A stretch of DNA of 64,000 bases from Chrysomallon squamiferum (GCA_012295275.1 CM022677.1:24676001-24740000); one strand, 5' to 3'; positions 1-36,425 are shown, counted from the first letter of the stretch. Program-made: numbers and translations. Notes: generated by a model not told the origin, from the letters alone.

Positions 1-561
1 TACAGCAGGTGTAAATAATATACTAGTAGAAATATAATAGTAGCAACTTTAGTAGCTGTACAACAGTTTTAATAGTAGTAGTAATAGTAATACTAAATAG
101 TAATAACAGCAGTAATAGCATAAATACGAACACCAGTAGTGTAAGTACTGCAGAAGATGCTAGTAGTGATAGTAGTATAGTCAATACTATTATAAATATA
201 TCTCTGTTATGTTTTCTCTGTTATATTGTTGTGTTATAATTATTTTTTTTAAAAGCAATATTTCAACATCAAAAGAACAAAAAAACACCCCAAAAACCCC
301 AACAACAATAACAACATAAAATATGAAAATAAAAACATAAAAAATAAAAAATAAAAAAAAGTTAAAAAAAATTATAAATAAAAATAAAAACGAAAAAAAC
401 TTAAATTAAGTAAATATAATTCAGCGGATTTGTGTATATGTAAATAAATGGATATTTGGATTGATAGCTAGGTAGGGAGATAGATATATAATTAGATAAA
501 GAGATAGAAAAATAGATTAAATAAATAGATAGATACACAGATTAGATAGACCCATAAACAG

Positions 562-949
<388 letters not shown>

Positions 950-1111
950 ATATTACCAACGAGCCATGCTGGAATACTAATTTACAAACAACGTAAAAAA
1001 GAAAAAAAAAACGATCACTGTTTTATGTACTGTTAATGATTTAAAAAAACACGACTGAAAAAATGTCATTCACAACAAAAAAAAACAAAAAAAAAAAAAA
1101 CACACATTCTT

Positions 1112-5214
<4,103 letters not shown>

Positions 5215-5424
5215 TGTAGAAATTTTGCTTTAAATGAAAACATTCGTTATGTCGGTTTCATTAATTGTACCGTACGTACGCTCCACATCCCGTTCGCTAT
5301 TACTTTTTTTTTTATTATTATTTTTTTTTTTTTTTTATTTTTTTTGTTATCATTACTTCAAACAAATATTTTTTTTACGATCATACTTTCTCTGCCTACA
5401 ACCAAATTTTTAACTGTTAATTTT

Positions 5425-5464
<40 letters not shown>

Positions 5465-5589
5465 CATATATATATATATATATATATATAGATATCATGA
5501 ATTATTTATTAGGCAAAAATAATTATGATGATGATAATAATAATAATCATAATAATAATAATAATAACAACAAGTGTGAACATGAATAA

Positions 5590-5835
5590 ATTCTTCTTAC
5601 TTTGTTTTTCATATAATTATAGTTTTATCAGTTTCCTTTAAGCAGTATCAGTATATTCTCAGACAGAGATGTCAGATGTATTTATTTTTCTTAAATAAAA
5701 ACATTAAGATGAGTATCAATTCGTATTTTATTATTGCAATTTGCTTAAATTTGAGAAATATTAGAAATGCATTTCAGTTACTTCACATGATGTCAGTTTT
5801 ATTATTAACTGAAACTATGTGCAGGAATTTACTAC
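5590..5835 (+). promoter_or_regulatory. Conserved inter-gene block preceding plus-strand units (candidate promoter or 5' non-coding region)
   Basis: cagtttcctttaa.cagtat...gagatgtcagatgta...gaaactatgtgcaggaat recurs at ~10920, 16190 (-), 17520, 21400, 26140 and 28900. Its function is inferred only from position. Confidence 0.35.
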
Positions 5836-5849
5836 TACTACTATTATAT

Positions 5850-6083
<234 letters not shown>

Positions 6084-6295
6084 TTATTACTATTATTTCT
6101 ATTATTTTATTATTTATTTATTTATTTTATTATTATTATTATTTTATTTATTTATTTATTTATATTTTTAAAAATACATTTTCAACAAAACATAACAAAA
6201 CAATCTACATCTGAATCTAAAATCTCAATTATATAAACATATATCCATACATTTTTGACACGATATGCAGTCATACACACACACACACACACACA

Positions 6296-6350
<55 letters not shown>

Positions 6351-6474
6351 TGGTATTACAGACAGCTTGCAACACTCAGAGAGTTTACATGTAACAAGCT
6401 GATGCGAGTATTTGCTGACAGGAGAACATCAGTTTAGAAGACTTGATACGAGAGAAAGTTTCACACTTTCAGTC

Positions 6475-9447
<2,973 letters not shown>

Positions 9448-9461
9448 AACACAATAACAGT

Positions 9462-9472
9462 TGATGATGATA

Positions 9473-9513
<41 letters not shown>

Positions 9514-9514
9514 A

Positions 9515-9546
<32 letters not shown>

Positions 9547-9732
9547 AATAATGATGATGATGATGATAATGAATAATAATAATGATGATGATGATAATAA
9601 TAATAATAATATGAATAATGATGATGATGATGATAATAATAATAATAATAATAATGATGATGATAATGATAATAATAATGATGATGATGAATAATGATGA
9701 TAATAATAATGATGATGATGATGATAATGATG

Positions 9733-9787
<55 letters not shown>

Positions 9788-10393
9788 TGATGATGATAAT
9801 GATAATATAATAATGATGATGATGATAATAATAATAATGATAATGATGATGATGATAATAATAATAATAATAATAATGATGATGATAATAATAATAATAA
9901 TAATGATGATGATAATGATAATAATAATAATGATGATGATGATAATAATAATGATGATGATGATGATAATAATAATAATGATGATGATAATAATAATGAT
10001 GATAATGATGATAATGATGATGATGATAATAATAATAATAATAATAATGATGATGATAATGATAATAATAATGATAATAATAATAATATGATGATAATAA
10101 TGATAATAATGATAAATGATGATGATGAAAATGATGATGATATGATAATGATGATGATAATAATAATGATGATGATAATAATAATGATGATGATGATGAT
10201 AATAAATGATGATGATAATAATAATGATGATAATAATGATGATAATAATGATGATGATGATAATAATGATGATAATGATAATAATGAATGATGATAATAA
10301 TAATGATGATGATGATGATGATAATGATGATAATAATAATGATGAAATAATAATAATGATGATAATAATAATAATAATGATAATAATGATAAC

Positions 10394-10428
<35 letters not shown>

Positions 10429-10500
10429 TGATAATAGAAATAATAATGAGATGAATAATAATGATGATGATGATGATGATGATAATAATAACAACAATAA
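9462..10500. repeat. Compound (ATG/ATA)n microsatellite 3' of gene B (shorter versions follow D and E)
   Basis: Read directly from the sequence. Confidence 0.95.
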
Positions 10501-11164
10501 TAATGAGGAGCAACAACAACAACAACATAAGTAATAATGATAATAATACAATGGAATAGTCTATAAGATGGAAATTTAATGATGATGATTTAATAAATTA
10601 TAATAATAAATGTTGGTGTAAAATGATGAATCGAAAAAATAATAATGATAAATATTTTCAATGATGATGATATATAATAATGATGAGTATTATTGGTGAT
10701 GATAATAATAATGATAATAATAACAATGATGATGATAATAATATAATGATAATGATGATGATGCTAATAATAATAATGATAATAATAACATCATCATCAT
10801 TATTATATGTCTTTGTTCTTCAGGAAGCCAATATGAATTCTTTTGAAGAAACTGAGAAAATGGAATCTTTCACAATGGTGTTGTGATAAGAAAAAAAAAA
10901 AAGACGTGAACCAGAATACATTCTTCTGACTTTGTAATTATAATTTTATCAGTTTCCTTTAAACAGTATTAGTATATTCTCAGATAGAGATGTGAGATGT
11001 ATTTTTTCTCTTAAATAAAAATGTTAAGATAACTATCAATTCGTATTTTATTATTTTAAATTTAAGAAATATTAGACATCCAATTCAGTTGCTTCACATG
11101 ATATCAGTTTTATTGTTATCTGAAACTATGTGCAGGAATTTACTACTACTACTATTGTATCTGT

Positions 11165-11289
<125 letters not shown>

Positions 11290-11606
11290 TACTTCTACAA
11301 TAACTACTATTATTACTGTTATTAGAAGTATTATTACTATTATTAGTAGTCTTACTGCTTCTGTTATTATTATTATTATTATTTTTTTTTTTATTATTAT
11401 TATTTTTTTATTAATTAATTATTTTATGTATCTATTTATTTTTATTCTTTATTGCTTTATTTTTTAAAAAGTTTGTATTTATTTATTTATAACAATAACA
11501 ATAAATAAAGAGTCATAATTCTGCAACAGGTAAGATGTCCTATATAAAAAATTGTTGAATTGGTTTTGAAGTTAGTTCATCTTTTTTTTATTAATTTTTT
11601 ATTTTA

Positions 11607-11726
<120 letters not shown>

Positions 11727-12215
11727 GTAGTAGTAGTAGTGGTAGTAGTATTTCTTTTGTTTTAGTAATACAGAGTCATTATTGTGTAAATTTTAGTTAC
11801 ATATGAGGGTTTTATCAAATTATGATTGTTTCGTTTATGTCAAACACATAAGTCACGAACTAGGCTTACTGAAGTAATATATCAGGCAACGATGTGTATT
11901 TGTGTGCTACAATTCCATATTTCTAGTCATTGAAGTAAAGTGTCAAATAGTGATATTGTCGTTGTTGTTGGTTCTGTGATTACATTAACTGGGTAATTCA
12001 GTAAATTAGGTCACTGAAGTAAACTATGGTAATGTTGGTATTATTACAGTTATTACAGATTTCTAAATTGAAAGACCTATACAAAGTAGGCTATGATACT
12101 ATTCCATTGTTTTTAACAAGGCGTGCATATTGATGAAAAATATATATAGTTCAAAGTGTTAATAAATGTGGTAATTAAGAAGCTGCAAGGTATATATACA
12201 TATATACATTTATAT

Positions 12216-12259
<44 letters not shown>

Positions 12260-12907
12260 TACATATATACATACAAATATTCACACGCATTTATTAAAAT
12301 TATATTATAACATCTGTTTGCGATTTAATAGCAATATCCTGAATAACGTGTTTGTTTTTGTTTTTTTATTTCATTTTATTTCAATTTATTATTATTTTTT
12401 GGTTGGTTTTTCTTGTACGTGTTATTGTTTTGGGCGGATTATTATTATTATTATTTTCTTCTTCTATATAGATATTATATTTAGACAAACAATATACTAA
12501 CGTTCAGAAATGAAATGCCAGAATTTCAGCATAAGACGAAATAAACCACGTTATACAATTGTACTAACGTAATATTCAAATGCAGCTAATATTAAGGGCT
12601 GTTGTTACAGCAACTTGAGTCTTAAGCTTTCATTTATTGCCTGTCCACTGTAGGTACATCAGTCGTTCACCATAGTACAGAGATCACTGACGTTTTGTCA
12701 TAAGTAACAATAATATTTTCACAATACAGATTTAACATTTTTTTTTTAATTACTATTATTGTTTTTTTTTTTTATTATTTATTTACTTATTTATTTGCTT
12801 ATTCAATCATTTGCTATTTATTTATATACTTATTTATTTATTATTTATTATTTACTTATTTATTTATTTATTTACTTATTAATTTACACACCTCTTTTTT
12901 AGCTTGA

Positions 12908-12960
<53 letters not shown>

Positions 12961-13120
12961 GTCATTATTGTTGTTGTTATAATTGATTTATTTATTTATT
13001 CATTTATTTAAATTTTAAAAAATGAAACAAAAAAAAAAAGAAAAGAAAAAGAAATAAAATTCATCTTGGCTCGTCTCTTATTAAACTGTTTTAATGATAT
13101 ATATTCATACAAATATACAC

Positions 13121-13194
<74 letters not shown>

Positions 13195-13315
13195 TATTAC
13201 AGACAGCTTGCAACACTCAGAGAGTTTACATGAAACAATCTGATACGAGTGTTTGCGTGCAGGAGAACATCAGTTTAGAAGACTTGATACGAGAGAAAGT
13301 TTCACACTTTCAGTC

Positions 13316-15302
<1,987 letters not shown>

Positions 15303-15334
15303 GTAACGAACAAGAATTTTAGATTTTTTTTAAT

Positions 15335-17650
<2,316 letters not shown>

Positions 17651-17977
17651 TTTTATTATTGCAATTTGCTTAAATTTGAGAAATATTAGAAATCCAATTC
17701 AGTTGCTTCACATGATGTCAGTTTTATTATTAACTGAAACTATGTGCAGGAATTCACTACTACTACTGCTGCTGCTGCTACTACTACTACTACTACTTAC
17801 ATTATTACTATTATTAGCAGTATTATTACTTCTGCTGTTATTATTATTTCTATTATTTATTTATTTATTTATATTTTTAAAAATACATTTTCAACAAAAC
17901 ATAACAAAACAATCTACATCTCAATCTTTTGACATAAATTTTTGACATGATATGCAGTCATACACACATACATACAT

Positions 17978-18054
<77 letters not shown>

Positions 18055-18190
18055 CATACCCACACATGGTATTACAGACAGCTAGCAACACTCAGCGAGT
18101 TTACATGTAACAATCTGATGCGAGTATTTGCGTGCAGGAGAACATCAGTTTAGAAGACTTGATACGAGAGAAAGTTTCACACTTTCAGTC

Positions 18191-21031
<2,841 letters not shown>

Positions 21032-21059
21032 AACACAATAACAGTTGATGATGATGATA

Positions 21060-21110
<51 letters not shown>

Positions 21111-21670
21111 TAATGATGATGATGATAACGATGATGATAATGATAATGATTATGATAATAATAATGATGATGATGATGATGATAATAATAATGATGATAA
21201 TGATGATTATAATAATGATAATGATGATGATGATACTAATGAAGATGATGCAGATAATAATAATAATAATGATAATAATAATCATGATGATGATGATGAT
21301 AATGATGATGATAATAATAATAATGATGATGATGATCATAACAATAATAATAATAAAAATAATGATGATAATAATAATAATGATAATGATGATGATGATA
21401 ACCAGAATAGATTCTTCTTACTTTGTAATTATAATTTTATCAGTAATCTTTAAGCAGTATTAGTATATTCTCAGATAGAGATGTCAGATGTATTTTTTTA
21501 TCTTAAATAAAAACATTAAGATGAGTATCAATTCGTATTTGATTATTTGAATTTGCTTAAATTTAAGAAATATTAGAAATCCAATTCAGTTGCTTCACAT
21601 GATGTCAGTTTTATTATTAAATGAGACTATGTGCAGGAATTTACTACTACTACTGGTGCTGCTGCTGCTG

Positions 21671-21705
<35 letters not shown>

Positions 21706-21956
21706 ACTACTACTACTACTACTACTACTGCTGCTGCTACTACTACTACTACTACTTCTATTATTACTATTATTAGCAGTATTATTACTTCTGCTATTAT
21801 TATTATTTCTATTATTTATTTATTTATTTATATTTTTAAAAATACATTTTCAACAAAAGATAACAAAACAATCTACATCTCAATCTAAAATCTCAGTTAT
21901 ATAAACAATAAATCCCCATCAATTTTTCACACGATATGCAGTGATACACACATACA

Positions 21957-22004
<48 letters not shown>

Positions 22005-22148
22005 CATATATATATATACACATACAAACACATGGTATTACAGACAGCTTGCAACACTCAGAGAGTAACAATCTGATGCGAGTATTTGCGTGCAGGAGAA
22101 CATCAGTTTAGAAGACTTGATACGAGAGAAAGTTTCACACTTTCAGTC

Positions 22149-24921
<2,773 letters not shown>

Positions 24922-24979
24922 AACACAATAACAGTTGATAATAATAATAATGATGATAATGATAATGATAATAATAATA

Positions 24980-25047
<68 letters not shown>

Positions 25048-25933
25048 AATGATGATGATAATAATAATAATGATGATGATGATGATGATAATAATAATAA
25101 TGATGATAATGATGATTATAATAATGATAATGATGATGATGATACTAATGAAGATGATGATTGTAATAATAATGATAATAATAATAATAATGATGATGAT
25201 AATAATGATAATGATGATGATGATAATGATGATGATAATAATAATAATAATGATGATGATCATAACAATAATAATAATAAAAATAATGATGATAAAAATA
25301 ATAATGATAATGATGATGATGATAATGATGATGATAATAATAATACTAATGATAATGATGATGATGATAATAATAATAATAATGTTGATGATGATAATAA
25401 TGATAATAATAATAGTAATAATGATAATAATAACAACAACAGGAATAACAACGGCAACAACAACAGCAAAACAAAAAGAGATAATAATCATGAGATGAAT
25501 AAGAATAAGAGTAGAACCAACGACAACAATATTGCTAATAATAATAACAACAACAGCAAGGCTTACAGGAGCAACAACAACAACAACAGCTACAGTAATA
25601 ATGATAGTAATACATCTTATTGGAATAGAAATAGTATAGTAAGATGGAAATTTATTAATTGTAGTAGATTTGTTAAATTATATTACATTAATTACTGTAG
25701 GTGTAAAATTTCTTCGAATTTTCGAAGAAGTAATCTACAGTGCATTAAACATATTTTCAATGCTTTTATCTTTTACGTGTGTGTGTATATATACATGTGT
25801 GTGTGTATGTGTGTGTGTGTGTGTGTATATATATGTGTGTGTTTGTGCATGAGTATTTGTATTTTTTCTGTAACTTTAAAGATGAGTAATCTGCTGTGTT
25901 CAGTATTTTTATTTTCTATTTAATTTAATTTTA

Positions 25934-26005
<72 letters not shown>

Positions 26006-26785
26006 CATCATCATCATCATCATCATCATTATTATATGTCTTTGTTCTTCAGGAAGCCAATATGAATTATTTTGAAGAAACTGAGAAAATGGAATCTTTC
26101 AGAATGGTGTTGTGATAAAAAAAAAAAAAGATGTTAACTAGAATAGATTCTTCTTACTTTGTAATTATAATTTTATCAGTTTCCTTTAAACAGTATTAGT
26201 ATATTCTCAGATAGTGATGTCAGATGTATTTTTTCTCTTTAATAAAAACATTAAGATAAGTATCAATTCGTATTTTATTATTTTAAATTTAAGAAATATC
26301 AGAAATCCAATTGAGTTTACTGATGTCAGTTTTATTATTAACTGAAACTATGTGCAGGAATTTACTACTACTACTATTATAACTATTACTACAACTACTA
26401 CTACTATTATAGCTATTACTACTACTACTGGTACCACTACTACCATACTTCTATAATAACTACTATTATTACTGTTATTAGAAGTATTATTACTATTATT
26501 AGTAGTCTTACTGCTTCTGCTATTATTATTATTACTATTATTATTACTTTTTTTTTTATTATTATTATTTTTTAATTAATTAATTATTTTATATATTTAT
26601 TTATCTATTATTTATATTTATATTTTTTATTGTTTTATTAAAAAAAAAATGTATTTACTTATTTATAACAATAATAATAAATAAAGAGTCATAATTCTGC
26701 AACAGGTAAGATGTCCTATATAAAAAAAAATTGTTGAATTGATTTTGAAGTTAATTCATTTTTTTTTTTTTTTTTTTTTATTTCA

Positions 26786-26869
<84 letters not shown>

Positions 26870-27360
26870 GTAGTAGTAGTAGTGGTAGTAGTATTTCTTT
26901 TGTTTTAGTAATACAGAGTCATTATTTTGTAAATTTTCGTTCCATATGAGGGTTTTATCAAATTATGATTGTTTCGTTTATGTCAAACACATAAGTCACG
27001 AAATAGGGTTAGTGAAGTAATATATCAGGCAACGATGTTGCCGTCGGTGCGTGGGTGCTTTTTGTGCTACAATTCCATATTTCTGGTCACTGAAGTAGTG
27101 TCAAATACTAATATTGTCGTTGTTGTTGGTTCTGTGATTACATTAACTGGGCAATTCACTAAATTAGGTCACTGACGTAAACTATCGTAATGTTGGTATT
27201 ATTACAGTTATTACAGATTTCTAAAGTTAAAGACCTTCTTCGAGGCTATGATACTATTCCATTGTTTTTAACAAGGCGTGCATATTGATGAAAAATATAT
27301 ATAGTTCAAAGTGTTAATAAACATATGGGAATTAAGAAGATGCAAGGAATATACGTTTAT

Positions 27361-27689
<329 letters not shown>

Positions 27690-27980
27690 TATACATACGC
27701 GTTTATTAAAATTATATTATAACATCTGTTTGCGATTTAATAGCAATGTACTGAATAACGTGTTTGTTTTTGTTTTTTTTTTATTTCATTTTATTTCAAT
27801 TTATTATTTTTTTTTGGTTGGTTTTTCTTGTACGTGTTGTTGTTTTGGGCGGATTATTATTATTATTATTTTCTTCTTCTATATAGATATTATATTTAGA
27901 CAAACAATATACTAACGTTCAGAAATGAAATGCCAGAATTTCAGCATAAGACGAAATAAACCACGTTATACAATTGTACT

Positions 27981-28232
27981 ACGTTTCCTTTGTATTTTGA
28001 GCTGAATTTCGGGTCTGGCTACTGAAACACGTGCCCAGTGGACAAGAACTGCGTAATGAGATTTCCAGTCCCCGATTACAGATGTGGCTGTGTTGACAGT
28101 CATTTGACAAAACGTGTGTACAAACTGAACATTTTAAAAGTTGGGGACATCGATCTTTCTTTTTGGAAATGTCGAAATGGAGTGATCTGGAGTAACAGAA
28201 TTGAGCTTAAGCTGAAGAAAAGCGACCAATTA
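27981..28232 (+). pseudogene. Fragment F: 5'-truncated D3 exon with a premature stop
   Basis: Reads FPLYFELNFGSGY*NTCPVDKNCVMRFPVPDYRCGC...WKC, with the conserved Trp mutated to TGA. It is joined directly to a copy of gene C's upstream region and has no signal, D1 or D2 exon. Confidence 0.8.
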
Positions 28233-28717
28233 ATAATAGTAATGATGATGATGATAATAATAATAATAATAATGATGATGATGATGATGATTATAATAAT
28301 AATAATAATAATGATAATAATAATAATAATAATGATGATAATAATAATAATAATAATAATGATGATGATGATGATGAAGAAGATTTTAATAATAATAATA
28401 ATAATGATAATAATAATAAAATAATAATAATAATAACAACAACAACAGTATTAGCAACAACAGAAGCAGCAGCAACAACAACAGTATTAATAATAACAAG
28501 AAAAAGAGTAACGAAAGCAACAACAACAGTAATATTAATAATAGCAATAAAAATAATCTACAGTACATTATACATATTTTCAATGATTTTATCTTTTACG
28601 TGTATATATATATAATCTTTGTGTGTGTGTGTGTGTTTTTTTTATCTATAATTTGAAAGATTAGTAATTTACTGTCTTCAGTATTTTTTATTTTCTATTT
28701 AATTTAATTTATTATTA

Positions 28718-28797
<80 letters not shown>

Positions 28798-29130
28798 ATA
28801 TATCTTTGTTTTTCAGGAGACCAATAAGAATTCTTTTGAAGAAACTGAGAAAATGGAATTTTTCACATTCGTCTTGTGATAAGAAAAAAAAAAGACGTGA
28901 ACTAGAATAGATTCTTCTTACTTTGTAATTATACTTTTAACAGTTTCGTTTAAGCAGTGTCAGTATATTCTCAGACAGAGATGTCAGATGTATTTTTTTC
29001 TTAAATAAAAATGTTAAGATGAGTATCAATTCGTATTTTATTATTTTAAATTTGAGAAATATTAGAAATGCAATTTAGTTACTTCGCACGATGTCAGTTT
29101 TATTATTAACTGAAACTATGTGCAGGAATG

Positions 29131-29210
<80 letters not shown>

Positions 29211-29862
29211 GTGCCACAACTACCACTACTACTAGCTAGTACTTCTACTATAATTACTATTATTACTGTTATTAGAAATATTATTATTAATATTAGTAGT
29301 CTTACTCGTTCTGTTATTATTATTTGTAGTATTATTATTATTGTTACTGTTTTTATTATTATTATAGTTATTTTTTAATTATCTAATTTTTTTATTTTTT
29401 TTTTTATATATACTTTATTGATTTATTGTTTTATTTTTTTATCATTTATTTTACTGATTTATTTGTTTATTTATTGATTTATTTATTGTTGGTTTCGTTT
29501 ATTAGTATTTTCAAGTAGGACGTTATTTTGATTTGATGACATCAAACAGTAGGATGATATTTTACAGCATTTCGTTCAATTACAGAAAGCAGAGAGACGG
29601 TGGAAAGCTGTGAGATAGCATTCATTTACTAATTGTCTGGTGACAGTCTAGGATAATGTGTATTGAATTTTCAGTATCTTCTTTTTTTATATATTTTGTT
29701 TTGATTATTCTCCTTTTCTATGTGTTTGTCTGTTTGTCTATGTGTGCCTAGAATTAGGATAATGGATGCCATCAATTTCGAGATGTGGATGCTTATATTT
29801 AAAATATTTATTTAAAAAAAAAAAAAAACAAAGAAAAAGCACATTTCCGATCATCATGTAAA

Positions 29863-29949
<87 letters not shown>

Positions 29950-29989
29950 TTTTGTTTTTGTTCTCATTAAACGAGGATAGTAAATAAAG

Positions 29990-30082
<93 letters not shown>

Positions 30083-30178
30083 TACACTAGTACACACAGT
30101 TTTATTTTTCGTGAATTGTGTGTAAATAAATAAATAAATAAAGAAAGAAACAAACAAACAAACAAACAAACAAACAAA

Positions 30179-30209
<31 letters not shown>

Positions 30210-30632
30210 ATGAAATCAATTCACTATTAATAACAGTTCTTCTTTTGGCAGCAGGGTTAAGCTGCTACAGTTCAGTGAAATGAATGCAATGCAGATAAAC
30301 TAGTGTATTTTTAACTGATAGTTTATCATGTGCATCTCACTCTCATTTCGATGTGTGTCATAACTTGGCAACTGCGTATGAAATTATATCCCATACACGA
30401 CATCCTAGATGCGTATAAAATATCACATAAAAATGACATTTAACATTTTTGTTCATTATTATGTATTACGCGTCTGTAGAACTAAAGTGAAAAAAAAGGA
30501 CATTTTAATTAAGATAAGTTAAAGGACCTATCCTTCAGTCTAAATATTTTCTCTGTTGAATAAAACAATTTACTACATTCTGATCAATGAATACAAATAA
30601 TATAATAGCTCAGAGTTATACGAAAATGAAAA

Positions 30633-31340
30633 TATACTACTGCTGCTACAACTACCAATACTACAACCACTACTGCTACTGCTATTACTACTGATACCAC
30701 TGCTAAGATTGTTACTATTACTACTGCCATTCTGAATACCAGCCTCTGACATTATATTGCTGCTACAACTTCTATTGCTACTTCTGTTACTGCTACTGCT
30801 ATTACTACTATTACAGCTACTAGTATTACTACTAATAATGCCTCTGCTATTATTACTACTAATACTTCTAATACTAATATAATTCCTACTGATATTACCA
30901 CTATTACTGGTACTACTATTACTCTATTACATTATTACTACTACTGATAATGTTAGTCTTGCTACTGTTGCTCTTACTACTGCTACTATTTAGTACTATT
31001 GCAACTACTACTACCACTGATGCAACTGCGACAACTGCTAGTATTACTACTAATAATACCACTGCTACTGTTACTGCTGCGTCTACTGATACTACTACTA
31101 CTACTGCTACACTGTTACTAATATTAATAGTACGACTACTTTTACTGCTATTAATGCTACTGTTTCAAATATTGCTACTGCTATTCCTATTACTATTGCT
31201 ATTACTACTGCTACTACTACTACTACCGCTACTACAACTAGACTACTGCTGCTACTACTACAACTACTACCACTCCTACCACTTACAACACTACTACTAC
31301 TACTACTGCTACTACTACTGCTACTAATATTACTAATACG
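30633..31340. repeat. Degenerate (ACT/GCT)n low-complexity tract
   Basis: Read directly from the sequence. Confidence 0.85.
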
Positions 31341-31890
31341 ACTTTTCTGTTACTACAGTTACAAGACAGAGAAAACAACTAATTTAAAAAACTATGACAA
31401 AAATAAATAAAACTTAAGAAATAAATCTCAAAGTGTTGAAACAATGTGAAATCAATTGTTGATGTTGTTTCTGTTTTTTTTTTTTTAAATCAAAGATATC
31501 TAAAGTATGCAACATTAAACTAATTAAAGTAAAATCTGTTGTTAAAATAAAGAAATAAAGAAATAAAGAAAGGAAGAAAGAAAGAAAGAGAAAATTCAAG
31601 GAAATCTAAAGTATACAATATAAAACTATGTGTAATAAAGGAATACTAGTTAAAATTAAAAGAAAAAATACACGTAAGTTAAATAAATAAATAAATAAAT
31701 ATAATATATATATATATATATATATGCAATCTACATCTGATCTAATTAATTTCATGCCAAAAAGAAATAAAAAAAAAAAAAAAAAAACAACAGGGTGTAA
31801 TTAAAAATTAAATTTATATCTAGCACAAAAATATTGATTAATTGCTCTTATTAACAACTGTTAAAATACTGTATTTGTAGGATTTTATAA

Positions 31891-31955
<65 letters not shown>

Positions 31956-32024
31956 GTTGTTGTTGTTGTTATTATTTTTGTTTTGTTGTTTTTCCTATTG
32001 TGTGTTTTTTTTTTTTTTTTTCTT

Positions 32025-32055
<31 letters not shown>

Positions 32056-32124
32056 TTATTATTATTATTATTGCTGCTGCTGCCCTGGTTGTTGTTGTTG
32101 TTACAGTTGTTGTCGCTTTTATTA

Positions 32125-34204
<2,080 letters not shown>

Positions 34205-34328
34205 GACTGAAAGTGTGAAACTTTCTCTCGTATCAAGTCTTCTAAACTGATGTTCTCCTGCACGCAAACACTCGCATCAGCTTGTTACATGTAAACTCGC
34301 TGAGTGTTGCAAGCTGTCTGTAATACCT

Positions 34329-34389
<61 letters not shown>

Positions 34390-34638
34390 TCATATGTATG
34401 AATTCGTAATGTATTCATTTCGGTTTATTTAATTAAGACATGTCACACGTTAATGTTTTTTTTTCTGTTACATCACGTGTACTCCTTGTGCTGGTTGTGT
34501 AGTATCGTAATATGTACGGAATGCATATCATGTCGATAATTTATTCATTTCCATTTTTGTTTCGTTCAAAATGTTAATAAACAAATAAACACTTTTAAAA
34601 AGTAGAAAAGAATAGTATAAAATAATATAAAAATATCC

Positions 34639-34720
<82 letters not shown>

Positions 34721-34801
34721 ATGATAAAATATCGACTCTGTAATTTGGAATGGGAGGTTATAACACGTGTTCAGTTATCTATCTGTCTATGTATCTATAT
34801 T

Positions 34802-34846
<45 letters not shown>

Positions 34847-34991
34847 ATATCTATATATATATATATATATATGTGTGTGATAAAAAAAAAAGAATCCACA
34901 CAATAATTAAAAGCATAATTAAAATAACACAAATTAAAATGGAAAAAAACCCAACAACAAAACAAACAAACAAACAAACAAAAAAAAACAA

Positions 34992-35024
<33 letters not shown>

Positions 35025-35159
35025 ATATAGAACTGAAGATTTTGTTGGATGAATATGTGTCAAACTTGGTTTCAGCAATATTTTTGGAACGTGTTACTTT
35101 TTTTCTGTTCTTGTAGAAATTCTTTCAGAGCTTGTTTTTTTTTTTTTTTTTTTTTTTTT

Positions 35160-35190
<31 letters not shown>

Positions 35191-35467
35191 TTATTATTAT
35201 CATCATTTTTCGTTGTTATTTTCATCATTTTTTTCTTTGGATTTCGTTAGTTGTTTTCTTTCAGTTACTGTAGGAATAGTTTATAAGATTATTTCTTCTA
35301 GTGGATTTCTTGTTGAATATCTTTTATGCAGAAAGATAACACTATCGAATTAAACTTTAATGTAAACCTTTTTGAATTGTATAAACAAAACAAATTATAA
35401 ATAATTTCCTAAGAGCCATATTGTCCATATTTACACACACACATTTTATTATTATTAATCTTATTAA

Positions 35468-35590
<123 letters not shown>

Positions 35591-35707
35591 ACCATGTTTA
35601 CATTTTCATGGTAAAAATATTGAAAACATGTTTTGTTATATGTAATATATATATATATATATATTCTTTAAAACAAACTGACAAGCAATTAAATTGACCC
35701 ATCTTTA

Positions 35708-35738
<31 letters not shown>

Positions 35739-35939
35739 AGGAATTATCTTGTCATAGTTTAGATTTACTTTATTTCACAGAATCAAACGTGCCACCAGAT
35801 ATCATATTTTAAAACAATCATTACTTGAAGTGTAATTAAAATAAGAACAGTTTCACAAATTACTTTCCTCTGTGCAACTTATATGGAAAGTACAGCAAGA
35901 AAAATCAATTTATATTTATAGGTATGCACAAACACACAT

Positions 35940-36020
<81 letters not shown>

Positions 36021-36156
36021 GCAGATATTTTATGAGGCAATAAATAAAGGAATTACCTTTGCATAGGTTAGCCTGTAGATAACATCTGAAAAGGTGCAGA
36101 GTTCAGACATTATTATTTCAATATATTACGCATGCCAACGCGTCATCTGGTGTAAC

Positions 36157-36164
36157 TGACGTCA
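36157..36164. promoter_or_regulatory. CRE palindrome TGACGTCA within a conserved inter-gene block
   Basis: The context CGTCATCTG-TGTAA-TGACGTCATAT recurs at 42119-42126, 46617-46624 and 62387-62394. Confidence 0.35.
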
Positions 36165-36425
36165 TATTTCAGACAGTTATAATTTGAAGTGGAATTAAAA
36201 TATGTACAATTTCACATATTTTTTTTTTTTACATCACTTGCATAATAATAATAATAAAAAAAAAAAAAAAAAAAAATAATAACGCTCTTTCCAAGTTTTG
36301 AAACGCTTTAATAGTAAAACATTTGAATAAGAGAAACGAAGGAATAAGTTCGTGCTGTTGAGAAGAAACACGTAAAGATATAATTAGATGAAAACTAGAA
36401 GCAGATGTTGTCTTCGGTATTTTTC

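Noticed and set aside
30633-31340. Thr/Ala-rich mucin-like exon that could be a stalk for gene G or F
   Set aside because: It is a degenerate ACT/GCT microsatellite with frame breaks. The Thr-rich reading is on the strand opposite to G, and G stops within D3.
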